A stretch of DNA of 36,862 bases from Octopus bimaculoides (Eukaryota), in assembly GCF_001194135.2 (NCBI RefSeq), contig NC_068999.1:48633549-48670410 (forward strand), in the 5' to 3' direction. The notes below the pieces were generated by a model that worked only from the letters and a program-made list of their open reading frames with translations, was not told the origin of the DNA and did not search any database. Positions 1 to 11,907 of this stretch are shown one piece after another (the stretch's first letter is position 1; each line of letters begins with the position of its first letter). The translations under genes and the position numbers were made by a program.

Positions 1-41
<41 letters not shown>

Positions 42-188
42 CATATATATATATGTATATATATGTGTGTGTGTGTTTGTGCGTGTGTATGTGCCTGTAC
101 GTATGAGCGTATATGTATATATATGATATATATACATTATGTGGACGATATGTATGTATATATATATATATACATATATATATACATA
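1..188. repeat. (TA)n / (TG)n microsatellite and low-complexity tract
   Basis: Direct: pure (TA)n at 1-37, then mixed TA/TG/TATG repeats. Confidence 0.95.
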
Positions 189-365
189 GACGGATGAAAT
201 GCCTCTAAGCATTTTGTCCGACGCACTAAGATTCTGCCAGCTCGCCGCTTTCATCGTTTGTAGTATCAAAGTCCTGTGTCCCGCGTTCAAATTTCCCTGG
301 GGATTAAGCAAAAAAAGTGGAAATTTGTCTTTGATCACCCGGGGGCTGATAAAATAAGTACCAGT
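188..365. mobile_element. SINE family A, rearranged copy (5' head on - strand 188-248, body on + strand 285-365)
   Basis: The reverse complement of 188-248 (GCGGCGAGCTGGCAGAATC..GACAAAATGCTTAGAGGCATTTCATCCG) matches the head of the copy at 16614. 285-365 (GTTCAAATTTCC..GATAAAATAAGTACCAGT) matches its body. Confidence 0.65.
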
Positions 366-420
366 AATATCGGCAGTCAAATCAGTGTTGTAATAATTCT
401 AATAGTAGAAGTTGTTTGTT

Positions 421-505
421 ATTGTTGCTTCACAGCCGTGTCAGTATTGGTTTGAGCAGATCTATGATCATCAGCGTTCCAGCCGTGACCGTCCAGTCTG
501 TTTTT
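421..505 (+). mobile_element. Interspersed repeat family C fragment
   Basis: GAGCAGATCTATGATCA..TTCCAGCCGTGACC motif, shared with the copies near 955, 10126, 20053 and 24620. Confidence 0.55.
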
Positions 506-527
506 CAGACATGCTACATCTACGACC

Positions 528-705
528 CTTGTGTGTTTGTGTGTGCACGCGTACGTGTGTGTGTGTATGTGCGCGAGTGCTTGCGTGGGTGTGTGTGTGT
601 AGTCGATTGTATGTGTATGTGTATGTGCATGTGTATGTGTACATGTGTGAGTGTGCGTATGCATGTGTGTGTGTGAGAGAGTGTATGTGTGTGTGTGTGT
701 GTATA
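528..705. repeat. (TG)n-rich microsatellite
   Basis: Direct; it explains the VC/HT-rich ORFs at 412-720. Confidence 0.95.
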
Positions 706-869
706 TCTACGACTCCCTAACGTGGCTAGGAGATGAGGAAGAGACGCTTGAGGGAGGCGGCACTTTGGGGTTCGCTATATAAACCTGCATAGGTTTATGA
801 GGGCTGGGAGTGCCATAAACTCAAGGACTGCCCTGGGCGGCATACACTCTAGCAACACCATTGGTCGGG

Positions 870-1175
870 AGAAAAAGAATTTGGCTGCTATTTCTTGCAG
901 CTCGAACGACCACGTCAAAAATCATCCGTCCGCTCATTGTGGTGGCGGTAGAGGTCTTGGTTTAGCCCTCTGGTCAGACTCGATTGAGAAAAACCTATGA
1001 TCAAAACATCGATTCCAACCGTGACCGTACCAACTTTTTCCTCTGTGCAGGAAACCCAGAAAGACATTATTCGATATATCCTTTTCTAAGACAGTGAGAT
1101 GTGATCTGAGGCTATTTGGCTGTTTTTTCTAGCAGATCGAGCAACCACATTGAGCCAGCGCCCCTCTCTGGCACG
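870..1175 (+). mobile_element. Repeat family C, clustered fragments
   Basis: The TTTGGCTG(C/T)T(A/T)TTT..CAG.TCGA.C.ACCAC motif occurs twice (about 880 and 1115), with a CCTATGATCAAA..TTCCAACCGTGACC segment between them. Confidence 0.55.
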
Positions 1176-1399
1176 CTGACCCATGTAGTCTGTGTCGTAA
1201 TATCTAAAGATAAGTTCATGTGACGTCACGGCCCTAGATTTCAGAAAAAAACATGACACGCCATTTGATTTAAAGTTCCCGTTTAATTCCAAAGTCTTGT
1301 GCTTATAAAAAAGAAATCAATATACGTTTACGTGGTGGTTTAATTACGTATTCTGGACTAATTACAAATTTATGACTTTGTTTAATAAGTATTTCTTCC

Positions 1400-1533
1400 A
1401 TCTCTTCTCTCTTTCTCTCTTTCTTTTTCGCTGTTTCTCTCTTTCTCTCTCTCTCTGTATATGTGTTGTTCATTTAAGCTTTTAATCACATATTTATCTG
1501 TCAATCTCTTTCAACTATATATATACACGTTAT

Positions 1534-1567
<34 letters not shown>

Positions 1568-1690
1568 GGAGAGAGAGAGATATATATACATGCATAGAGA
1601 GAGAGAGAAAAAGAAAGAATTTACAAATATATTTTTTATCTTTCAAACATGCACACTTACACAAACGCACACACACATACACACATGCAT

Positions 1691-1735
<45 letters not shown>

Positions 1736-2365
1736 GGCATACACATTGGGCACACACTCACATATACACACTCATGCATACATACACATGTGCGCATCAA
1801 CACACACACGCATACACACACTCACACACACATAGGTACCCAATCGCACACATACGCATGCTCGTGGGGTCATATACAGACATAGCTCAAGGACATTCGA
1901 CTACACCCCGAAAAGCTCAGAAACACACAAGCACACACACACACACACTCACACACACATAAACACATACACACACATGCACACACAAACGTGCATACAT
2001 ACATACACGCGCGAGCGCACTCACATATGCACACATATACACACGCACATATGCACACATATACACACGCACATATACACATACACACACGTTTGCGCAC
2101 GCACACACGCTTACGCATGCATACGCACGCGCGCACGACACACACACTCACACATGCACACATACACACACGCATATATACGCAAACGCGCGCGCGCACA
2201 TATAGACACACACACACACACATACACACATTCACACACATACAAACACATACATACACATGCACACACACACGCTTAAGCGTGCTTGCATGCGCGCGCT
2301 CATACATACACTCACCTACATAACCACACACACACACACACACTCACATAATGTACACACGCTTA
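1400..2365. repeat. Compound CT/TA/AG/(CA)n microsatellite field
   Basis: Direct; a long degenerate CA/CG/TA dinucleotide tract that produces many spurious HT/VC ORFs. Confidence 0.95.
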
Positions 2366-2539
2366 CACAAACCGTAAAGAGGGACATGCCCATAACATTT
2401 CCTCTAACTCGCAACAGGAATACTATTTTGTGCAAATAAATCGGCACCAAATCGGTATTTCTGGTTCACATGTATCTACATGCGACAAGCAGACGACAAC
2501 ACAAGTTGGGCTTCACTTCACCACTTAAACACACACACG

Positions 2540-2885
2540 ATCTCCCTCTCGTTTTCCCTCTCTCTTGTTCTCTCTCTTTTTTCTCTCTCCCCCCTCTCTC
2601 TCATTTTTTCTTTCTTTCTCTTTTATTTTCTGGCTCTTTCTCTCTCTCTCTATCATTTTCTTTCTCTCTCTCTCTCTCTTTCTCTTGTTTTTTTTCTCGC
2701 TCTTTCTCTAGCGTAATATTCTCTCTTTCTTTCTCATTTTTTCTCTCTCTTTCTCTTCTTCTTCTTTTCTTCTTTTTCTTCTTCTTCTTCTTCTTCTTCT
2801 TCTTCTCTCTCTCTCTTGCTTTCTTTTCTCCCTCTTTCACACACACTTTCCCTCTTACATATATACCCACACTAACCCTCTTGCT

Positions 2886-2954
<69 letters not shown>

Positions 2955-3030
2955 TCTCCTTCACACTCTCCTCAAACTCTACAACCATCCATTTATTCAT
3001 TTAACCACTATCCCTTCTATTTCTCCGTCC

Positions 3031-3075
<45 letters not shown>
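2540..3075. repeat. Polypyrimidine tract with (CTT)n, (CT)n and (ATCT)n
   Basis: Direct: (CTT)n about 2770-2805, (CT)n about 2889-2951, (ATCT)n about 3030-3074. Confidence 0.95.
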
Positions 3076-3579
3076 AAAGCTGCAACATGCACAAAAGACG
3101 TACCAACTTCAGCAACAATAACAACACCAGCAAAAATAAAAACGGCAGCAACAACTCATTGGTAAACTCCTCAACTATCGTTCTTCGTTTGGAGAACGGG
3201 AAGCTGGTGACATTTACTAAAACAACGCAGAGACAAAATCTTTACGACAGGTGAAGGCTTTGATGTACCTACTGTCCTAAAGATATCAAAACAATAACTA
3301 GAATCCTTGTGAGAATCATAATTTAAACGTATAAATCACTCAGAAAATGTTTACATGAGACATAAGAGCGTAATAGTTGTCCAAAATGACGGAGTATATT
3401 TGCGTATGGAGTTTATTATACAAATTTTTAAAAATTTAAGAAATGGTTTGTAGTTAAATATACTATGTCCTATATAATTAGGATCAGAAATGAAAAAAGA
3501 ATGCTATAACAGTGAATGACAAAATTCTGAGGGAAAACCGTAGAAAGTCAGCGCATGGATGATACATAGGCATTTAGAA

Positions 3580-3654
3580 NNNNNNNNNNNNNNNNNNNNN
3601 NNNNNNNNNNNNNNNNNNNNNNNNNNNNNNNNNNNNNNNNNNNNNNNNNNNNNN
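3580..3654. other. Assembly gap (75 N)
   Basis: Run of N. Confidence 1.
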
Positions 3655-3900
3655 TATATATATATATATATATATTGTGATCGATAGTATCATTGGTTAG
3701 GAGTTTCTAACAAGTCAGTTACGAATTCACTACACACACACGCACACTCGCACTCCACTACCACACATATTTGTGAACTACATTTCGAATTTAATTAACT
3801 TTAACTCCAACTATATGATTAAATATGACGTATTTACTCGAAAAATGAAAACTTTACGTATTTACCGATCTATTTATTCTGCCGTTAGAAAAGCATAAAA

Positions 3901-4015
3901 GTCGATTCCATCGACCCCAGTACTTAACAGCAATTTTATTTTACCAACTTCGAAAGTATGAAAGGCAAAATTAATCTCAGTAGAATTTGAACTCAGAACG
4001 TAAATAGTCGGAGAA
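3901..4015 (-). mobile_element. SINE family A fragment
   Basis: ATCGACCCCAGTAC..GAAAGGCAAA..GAATTTGAACTCAGAACGTAAA is the reverse complement of the family A body. Confidence 0.7.
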
Positions 4016-4683
4016 AGATTATAATAATTAATAGGAAGAAAGGTGAAAAGTTTAGGTTAATGTATTTTTCGTTTGAAGGAAAAAACTGAGATCAGTTAGG
4101 AGTATGTGAATAGCTTTTATTGTGAGATGGCTTGCAAGAATGAAAGTCACTGTGGACGATTATGTGGCGGATATTTATTTGCTAGGGTACGGGTATGAGA
4201 AAAGGGAGATGGATTAAGTAGATCCAAACAGAAGATCTTTGGGGGCAGAGAGACACAAAATGAGATACACAAAAACACACAAATGGATACAACCTTTTTC
4301 TAACATTTTAATACTGAAAACACGGCGACGTTAACAAAGCTTAATCTTTATTTTAAAATACTCCATGTTTCTTTATTAACCCTTTAATGTTTAGTGTTTC
4401 CTAAGTCCGCTAACATTAGAAGACCTTCTCGTACTCAACATCAGCTTTAAGTGACAATGGTATTATGTTATTAACACGTTTGGTGTAGGCCGTAAAATAT
4501 CATGGGAATAATGTTGCAACTAAAATCACTATCACCGGATTAAATTTGTTCAAGGATTAATTCCGGGTAGTTGTTATACCATGTCTCACATGTGCTGGAT
4601 CTGTATATTAATATTTTCCTTGTATTTTACCGCTAAAGTTTCTATAGTTAATCGAGTTCCTTGCGTAATTCTTTATGGAAGAC

Positions 4684-5025
4684 AATGTTATTAAATCTAT
4701 AAAGAATGTTAATGCCAACAAATCTACAGAGAATAATATTGCCGTTAAATCTATATAGAACGGTAGTGCCATTAAAGAATAGTATTGCTTTTAAGTTTAT
4801 TTAAAATGGTAGATCTACAAATCTGTGTAGGATTATAGCGTTATTAATTGTAGATAAGATAACAATATTATTAATTCTACATAAGTTGACAGCATTATCA
4901 ATTCTATAAAGAATGGTAGTGTCATTAATTTTATGTAGCATGGCAGTGCTGTTCTATAAAGCATCGTAGTACCATTCTATATAGGAAGGTAGAGCTTTTA
5001 ATTCTTTAGGAAGGATTGCATCCCT
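4684..5025. repeat. Degenerate 27-bp minisatellite, about 13 units
   Basis: Units such as GTTAATGCCAACAAATCTACAGAGAAT, AATATTGCCGTTAAATCTATATAGAAC, GACAGCATTATCAATTCTATAAAGAAT and GGTAGTGTCATTAATTTTATGTAGCAT. Confidence 0.7.
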
Positions 5026-5820
5026 TGACGCTCTCGATCAGAACTAGTCATTAAGATAATGATTGGTTTTATTTAATATGAGTGTGTTTTTAATTAAAAT
5101 TTCCTTGAATAAAACATTAAGTAAAGTAATACCCGCTTTACTACTGAGTAACATAGCCTAGCGCACCAATAATTATAGTTGTAACGTAATAGATATTGCA
5201 GCAGTTGTTCATAAAATGCACCCTTTCTCACTGATTTTTAATGAAACGTTTATGCATCCACCTGCCAGATGACCTCCGCTACAGAACATAGTTTACATTT
5301 TCTGTCCCAAAAAGTACAACTAACCTAGATTCTGATAACCAATTTCGAAAATCGATATTAACAGATACAAACGATGCTTCACAGATACTGTCTGTCGATA
5401 CTTTCACCTAATCCATATCTTTAAGCACTTTTCTTTAATCATCCGTTATACAATACTAAGTGTTGTTGTTGTTGTTGTTCATCCCAGGTCAGCCTTGATC
5501 AAACAGTCACTTGGGACGTGGCTAGTCGGCCAAACCACGAGACACTAACTACCAATAATAGGTCTGTCTTCCTGGTTATATCATGTCTTTGTTTAACCAG
5601 GGACCGTACTACACATGGAATGCAGCCTGACTGTCTCGCTACATTGCACTCTCTTCGCTCACCAGTTTATTCTTGGACGCCTGTGGATTCTGGTTGCGTC
5701 GTTGGCGAATAAGAACAGGGAGGACTCTGCCAGAGGGTGACAGTTGCCGTTTAGTTTCACTTACTGTTAGTGTTGAGCATCCCATCACAGTATTTGGTGC
5801 CAGGGAAGCTATTGATATTC

Positions 5821-5923
5821 GGGGTCGATAAAAAAAAAAGTACCAGTTGAGCACTGAGGTCGATGTAATCGACTTAACCCCCTCCCCTTAAAAACTGCTG
5901 GTCTTGAGCCAAAATTTGAAATT

Positions 5924-5925
<2 letters not shown>
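5821..5925 (+). mobile_element. SINE family A 3' half, followed by (GTT)n
   Basis: GGGGTCGATAAAA..GTACCAGTTGAGCACTGAGGTCGATGTAATCGACTTA..CCAAAATTTGAA. Confidence 0.75.
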
Positions 5926-5956
<31 letters not shown>

Positions 5957-6053
5957 GCTGCTACTGCTGCTGTTGTCTTTGTTGTTAAGGGTCAGCTAAT
6001 CGCCTAGCTCCCTACCCCAAAAATTTCAGGCCATGTGCCTATAATAGAAAGGA

Positions 6054-6054
<1 letters not shown>

Positions 6055-6099
<45 letters not shown>

Positions 6100-6124
6100 C
6101 ATTATTTTTATTATTATTATTATT

Positions 6125-6174
<50 letters not shown>

Positions 6175-6188
6175 TATTATTATTATTA
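6055..6188. repeat. (ATT)n/(ATC)n trinucleotide repeat
   Basis: Direct; source of the poly-Ile ORF at 6035. Confidence 0.95.
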
Positions 6189-6349
6189 NNNNNNNNNNNN
6201 NNNNNNNNNNNNNNNNNNNNNNNNNNNNNNNNNNNNNNNNNNNNNNNNNNNNNNNNNNNNNNNNNNNNNNNNNNNNNNNNNNNNNNNNNNNNNNNNNNNN
6301 NNNNNNNNNNNNNNNNNNNNNNNNNNNNNNNNNNNNNNNNNNNNNNNNN
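6189..6349. other. Assembly gap (161 N)
   Basis: Run of N. Confidence 1.
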
Positions 6350-6589
6350 TGTATTTAAATATTAATGACATGGATAAAGAATATGGGAATATCTTGCAAA
6401 AAGCTGGATTATCTTTCAAAATATAACGGAAGTAATTTGTATTCATTAATGAACCTATTAATATTGCACTGTTTTTACTTTCTGAAATTTTTTTTTTTTT
6501 TTTTTTTAAAGCTGCCGTTTCGATATAAAGAGGCAGCCGTCACCTACGAACGAGTATGGATCGGTGGCATGTACGACGTTTTCCTAATT

Positions 6590-6832
6590 GTGTTAGGTGC
6601 CTGTTTAGTTACGAGCAGACATAGGCAGCTTCTTGATTCTTTCGCTCTTTGATTCGACAGCACATCCAGAATGGAACAGCTGGAGGGAGGGAGTGAGGTC
6701 TGCATCAGCAGTCAGCTGGGTACTCATCTCCAATTGAATAAAGTAGAGTAACGGGAAATGAAGTACCTTGTTCAAGAGTACAATGTGCCACTTTGTCCAG
6801 GAGTTGATCCCACGATTGTATGGTCGGCAGCA
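6590..6832 (-). mobile_element. tRNA-headed CORE-type SINE (family D), diverged
   Basis: The reverse complement reads GTGCGTGGTTTAGTAGTTA (A-box-like), GGGATCAACTCC (B-box-like), then GTACTCTTGAACAAGGTACTTCATTTC..GATGAGTA (CORE-like). Confidence 0.55.
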
Positions 6833-7344
6833 AGACACCGTAACTACTAAACCACGCACCGATAAATACGGTTACAAATGCAATCAAAATATGAAATTAC
6901 TTTATGTATATATATATTTAAGAGGAAACATAAATGCAAAACAAGATGGAGGAGAATAGTACTCGAATACTCCAATAGAGTAATATGCTTTTATTAAAGC
7001 TGAAAAGATCTTCACAAACAGTTACTCAATGTTTCACGTTACCGCTCATCAGACAGCCGTGGTTATGCTGTATGATCACAAGTTTCCGACGAACGGTTAC
7101 GTGAAACATTGAGTAACTATTTGTGAAAACACACACACAAACACGCGCACGCACACACGCACATTGACACACACATACATACGCATGACATTCACATGTA
7201 CGAGGACATATGATGGTGGAGATTTTGGAAGGAACAATGAACAATGACAATGGTTGAAAATGTAAAGGAACATGTCTAAGTATTGTAAGGCATTTAGTTG
7301 GCCATTACGCTATCTTGAACGTTGCCAATTCCATTCCCTGAATA

Positions 7345-7562
7345 ATCATTTCTGTTATAGATACAAGGTCTGAAATTTGGTAGGGAAAGGGGTAAGTCGA
7401 TTACATTGATTCCAGCGCTCAACTGGTACTTATTTTATCGACACCGAAAGGATAAAAGGTAAAGTCGACCTCAGCGGAATTTGAACCCAGAACGCAAAGA
7501 CGGGCGAAATACCGCTAAGCATTTTGCTCGGCGTGCTAACGATTCTGCCACCTCGCCGCCTT
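7345..7562 (-). mobile_element. SINE family A, near full length
   Basis: The reverse complement starts GGCGGCGAGGTGGCAGAATCGTTAGCACGCCGAGCAAAATGCTTAGCGGTATTTCG, has the B-box-like GGGTTCAAATTCC, and aligns along its length with 16614-16838. Confidence 0.85.
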
Positions 7563-8109
7563 CCACTCTCTAAATAATGTATGCATTTGGCCATTAAGAA
7601 GAAGTACATCACACGATACGAACGAAGTCGCAAGTGTTACATCAGACTTTTCCCTCTTCTACAAAGATGTCTAAAGAAAAGCTAAGGATCTCTCCTTCGC
7701 AGCTGTTGGCTGGTCGTTGACTCAATAAAGTCCATCCGCCCTTCGAGAGGTCTTGTTTTTCGTCCAACGAAAACTACTCTCCTTGCCAAACAGGCTTTGT
7801 AGGGTTGCGGTTTGGTCGCCAACAGTCCGATCATCCGACACTAAGAGCGCAACAATTATATTATCATTTTTTATTGATTGACACAAAGCCAGAATTCTAT
7901 TTTGAGGAAAGTTGGGTGAATATCCCAATTAAATATGTCCTAAAATATAAACATTATCTCAACATTATTTACATGTCTTGAGTGATAGAGAAGTACAAAC
8001 GACTCCTGCGGGAATTTTAATTTAGGACTTAAAGGGAGATAACTAAACATCACCAAGCTGACATTCTTCCGATTCTACAAAGTAGAATGTCTTTCTTTTT
8101 CTTTAACAT

Positions 8110-8315
8110 AGGCAAAGGGCCAGATATCTGTTGAGGGCAGATAAAACAGTAGATATATATATTGAACCTAGTTCTTGATTGGTACTTTATCTTATTGACC
8201 TCGGAAGGACTGGGAGGCACCGTCAACTTTTGACGGATGTGAACTCAGATCATAGAGAAACGCAACTCAATAGCACTAGGTATTTTGCCCGGTCCTCCAC
8301 CGATTCTTCTACCTA
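8110..8315 (-). mobile_element. SINE family A, highly diverged copy
   Basis: ATTGGTACTTTATCTTATTGACCTCGGAAGG..GAACTCAGA..GGTATTTTGCCCGG..CGATTCT, colinear with 7345-7562. Confidence 0.5.
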
Positions 8316-8323
8316 ACAACAAC

Positions 8324-8378
<55 letters not shown>

Positions 8379-8462
8379 GTGATGTTGATGATGATGATCG
8401 TGATGCTTCCTTTAACGGAAATACTAATGACGCATAAACAATATCAACAACAACAACAACAA
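8315..8462. repeat. (AAC)/(AAT)n/(GAT)n trinucleotide repeats
   Basis: Direct. Confidence 0.9.
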
Positions 8463-8818
8463 CGCATTAGGAAACAGGTGTCTCGGAAAACTGTTGTTCT
8501 GAGGAGATTCCTGGCAAATGATTGAATAATGTCGATTCCGGTGCAGGTGCAGCTATTCTTGCAGTTGATTTCTCTGTCTGTTCTGTGTTTGCAGACAAAC
8601 TCCAGACTCAGCTAAATGTTACGTGATGCTAATCAGTGCATCAGGCAGGCAGGCAGACAAGCAATCTGTTAGATTTCACTTGAGTGACTGGCGCAATTCT
8701 CTAGAGTTTTCCTCGTAGGATGGAGTTTGGAAAGGACATCGGACGAAGAATTACTGGAGTATGGAAGTCAAGGTAGAGATTAAAAAATTTCCTTCAATTT
8801 TTTTCTAGTTTTCTCTCT

Positions 8819-8850
<32 letters not shown>

Positions 8851-8856
8851 TTCTGT

Positions 8857-8892
<36 letters not shown>

Positions 8893-9289
8893 GTAAGGAT
8901 AATATGTGTGTGTGTGTTCCACATTTACTTGCGTTATGAGATCAAATCGTGTCGGAGTTCAGAATGTCTATTATTCTCCCGGGGGTCGATAAAATGTGTA
9001 CTGGAGAGTGAGAAAGATCGAGTCGTATTCAAAATCTTCCCCCGAAATGTCTGCATCGTATCAATATGAATAATCATTATTCATTTGTGTATAATTTCAA
9101 CGTTTAATACATCAAATTGCATAATACGAGTGACTACAATTCTAACTATTATTATTACAATCATTAGCGAACCGTTAGGTGGGGGTGGGCGATAAAATAA
9201 ATTTAAATGTCTTACCTTCCGGAATCGAATCCTGCCGCAAGTCAATGATAGACAGAATTGGTTGAGCATCAAGCAAGAAGACTTGCGAT

Positions 9290-9415
9290 ATTTCTTCCAC
9301 CTCTGCGGTATTTAAGTGCAGCACCTTTGCGTTCTCAGTTCAAATTCTGCTGGGGTCATATTTAAATTTCATCCTTTCGAGATCGATAAAATAAAGTACC
9401 AATCAAGTACGGGCT
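9290..9415 (+). mobile_element. SINE family A fragment
   Basis: TTTGCGTTCTCAGTTCAAATTCTGC..TTTCATCCTTTCGAGATCGATAAAATAAAGTACCA. Confidence 0.7.
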
Positions 9416-9830
9416 TTCCATCCATCCACCCATCTTCTCTACCCACTATACCTGGGAGGTTTTCTGGGGTAGCGTCCTCAGACACCTTATCCATCGGGCT
9501 CTATCCGGAGTGACTGTCCTCACACCTTCCAGCTGGATTCCCAAGAGTGACCAACTATGGATATTATCCAACCATCTACTTCTTGGTCTGTTCCTAAATC
9601 ACCTGCCAGTTAGCTCAGCTTGAAGAATCCGTCTTGCAATTCTTTCTTGCGACCTTCTAATCACATGTCCATAACACTGGAGATATGACCTCTCAATGCA
9701 GAGAAGTAGCGGCTTTACCTGGAGAGACTCCCTAATTTCCGACCTATATACCCCATCGTGTAACGCTACTCCAGAGATCCTTTAAAGGAACCCAATTTTA
9801 GCTGCATGTATTTGCGATCGTTCATTTCTT
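9415..9830 (-). mobile_element. RTE-clade non-LTR retrotransposon, decayed 3' end
   Basis: My minus-strand translation gives QVKPLLLCIERSYLQCYGHVIRRSQERIARRILQAELTGR*FRNRPRSRW and DNIHSWSLLGIQLEGVRTVTPDRARWIRCLRTL. This resembles the RTE C-terminal LRWYGHV..R..RGRPR..W..D...DR..W motif, and a (GGAT)n-like tail follows at about 9417-9434. Confidence 0.7.
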
Positions 9831-9939
9831 AACTCGCATAATGCAACCTGGATGTGAATGGAATCATAGGAGAAGAACATTGCCTTCCACCACTAATGTA
9901 ACTCTGAGAATGAATTTTTGTTGTTGCTATTTAGTGACA

Positions 9940-10125
9940 AACAAAACTCCGTGCGGTATTTCTTCCTGCTTTTTACGTTTCCAGTTCAAATTCCGCCGAA
10001 ATCAACGTTGCCTTTCATTCTTTGTGGGGCAGAGGTGGGTCAATAAGTCGAGTTCTGAGGTCCAAAGTATCGATTAACACCCTACCTTCAAAAATTCCTG
10101 GCATTGTGCCTAAATTAGAAACAGT
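9940..10125 (+). mobile_element. SINE family A, diverged
   Basis: GCGGTATTTC..TTTTACGTTTCCAGTTCAAATTCCGCCGAAATCAACGTTGCCTTTCATTCTTT..GGCATTGTGCCTAAATTAGAAAC. Confidence 0.7.
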
Positions 10126-10285
10126 TATTTAACCCTGTGCTGGATCCATTTCAACCGGCCTATGATCGAAAGTGTTCCACTCATGTCCGTCGCATATTTA
10201 TGTATACCAAAGACTATATTTTGGGTTTTCCTTCTATTAAGACAATAAGGATAGGGTTTAAGGGAGATTTGGCTGCTATTTTTCG
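10126..10285 (+). mobile_element. Repeat family C fragment
   Basis: TTTAACCC..CCTATGATCGAAAGTGTTCC..TTTAAGGGAGATTTGGCTGCTATTT. Confidence 0.55.
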
Positions 10286-11039
10286 CATATAGTCCAACTA
10301 CGATCATACCAGTTAATATAACGATTATACATTTCCCATATTTGGGTCTTTGTATAAAAAGAAACCATAATCGTAAGTGGCCACAAACGAAAGAATACCT
10401 TGCTTTCAGAACACAGAATACTTATTATCAGAAGAATCGAGATCTGAACGTCCGTTTCTGTAACTATTCGCGGGGAGAATTTAGATTTGCTAAACACACC
10501 GTAAATAACAGCACAGTAATAAATATTCACCAGAGTACTAAGTACGGCGAGACGGAAGATAAACTAAAGGGGAATAATTCATTATATCAAAAACGTAATC
10601 TTACACGAGGGAAATAACTCATTTTTACACATGTTAAAACAATCAACTTTATTTCTTATCTCAAGTATATTTTAATGCCATATGGCTTTGTAGTTCTACC
10701 AAATGCATTTCTCGATTTTGGCCTACGTTTATTAAAGCCTAAAATAAACAATATTTCATTGAATTCAGTATATTTTGGATAAAGAACTTCTAGAAAAAAT
10801 GCTGATTTGAAACTGTTGATTCATTCAGAAGATGGTTCAAGTTGAACTTCAAGATGGGTTATATATACTTCTTCCGGTGTCCATTGCAGTGCTTTCGTTA
10901 ATTAAAATCTTAAGTTTTTCAAAAGGTCTTGAAATTATCGGGAAATTTAGCTTTTCTAATGCAAAATTGTGTGCATGCGTGCGTGCGTAAAAATCTCATT
11001 ACATGATCATCCACTACAGCGGTGGCCTAGCAGCCCTTA

Positions 11040-11725
11040 AGCATTTCCTACGTCATCAATCCTATCCATGCCCAACACCAACATAATCCTTCACCCAGCT
11101 GAACTCGTCTTCACTTTCAATTGTTTTTCTTTTCCTGGAAACTTTTACAAACGGTTCAGAGGTGTTGTTAAGAAAGTTTAGACGGGTTCGACTCGAATTA
11201 TGCAAACCCCTTTGGAAATTACATTGAAGAACAGATTTTATGCCCAATTTACTAGACCCACTGTAGAATTGTATGGTCGATATATTAACGACTGCATTGG
11301 CGCCAGCACATTCTCCAGACAACAATTTGATAGCCTCGTCTGTCCATTCTTCCTTAGAATTCACTTCCATTAGATACATCCGGTGCTATCAACAACTTCC
11401 ACCGATGCATTACTATCCACTACAAATCCACCGATCCCCACTCCTATCTCTGCTGTTCCTCTTCTCACACCCGTGAAACACCAAATCCACCATTTCCTGT
11501 CTCTAAATTCCTCCATATTTCTTGACTGTGCAGCATCGATTCAGACATCGACTCAAAATCTGAAAAATGCTGTGGCAACTCTTCTTTAATCGAGAATAGC
11601 TCCGAGTGGTTATGGACTCCCCACATTACCGGACCGAGGTCATCGACTGTTCCACCGTTCGTCTACCCTTTCCTTATGCGCACTTGCAGCAGGTCGCACT
11701 CCCTTCACCTTCCATCTGGACTCCT
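11040..11725 (+). mobile_element. Penelope-like element reverse transcriptase relic (frameshifted)
   Basis: Frameshifted peptides ELVFTFNCFSFPGNFYKRFRG, LYGRYINDCIGAS (11269-11307; RYIDD motif with D>N), IHYKSTDPHSYLCCSSSH (from 11415), LCSIDSD and RTPFTFH occur in the order expected for Penelope-like RT and thumb motifs. Confidence 0.7.
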
Positions 11726-11780
11726 TCTCATTTTATATCTTCTGTTATCTACTCCGATCTTTACTGCACCACTTCTCCCT

Positions 11781-11907
11781 TTTAAAGGAATTAGAAATCA
11801 AGTCAAAGTTGATCTCAGTGGAATTTGAACTCAGAATGCAAAGTTGGAAGAAATACTGCTAAGCATTTTGTTCGGCATGCTAACGATTCTGTTAGCTCAC
11901 TACCTTA
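11781..11907 (-). mobile_element. SINE family A 5' half
   Basis: GGAATTTGAACTCAGAATGCAAAG..AATACTGCTAAGCATTTTGTTCGGCATGCTAACGATTCTG. Confidence 0.8.

Noticed and set aside
412-3165. Many 60-231 aa ORFs rich in HT, VC, LS, IY or ER repeats
   Set aside because: They are translations of (CA)n, (TG)n, (CT)n and (TA)n microsatellites, which lack stops by composition. The same applies to ORFs at 6035, 12654-13082, 14353-14878, 17645-18024 and 29075-29397.
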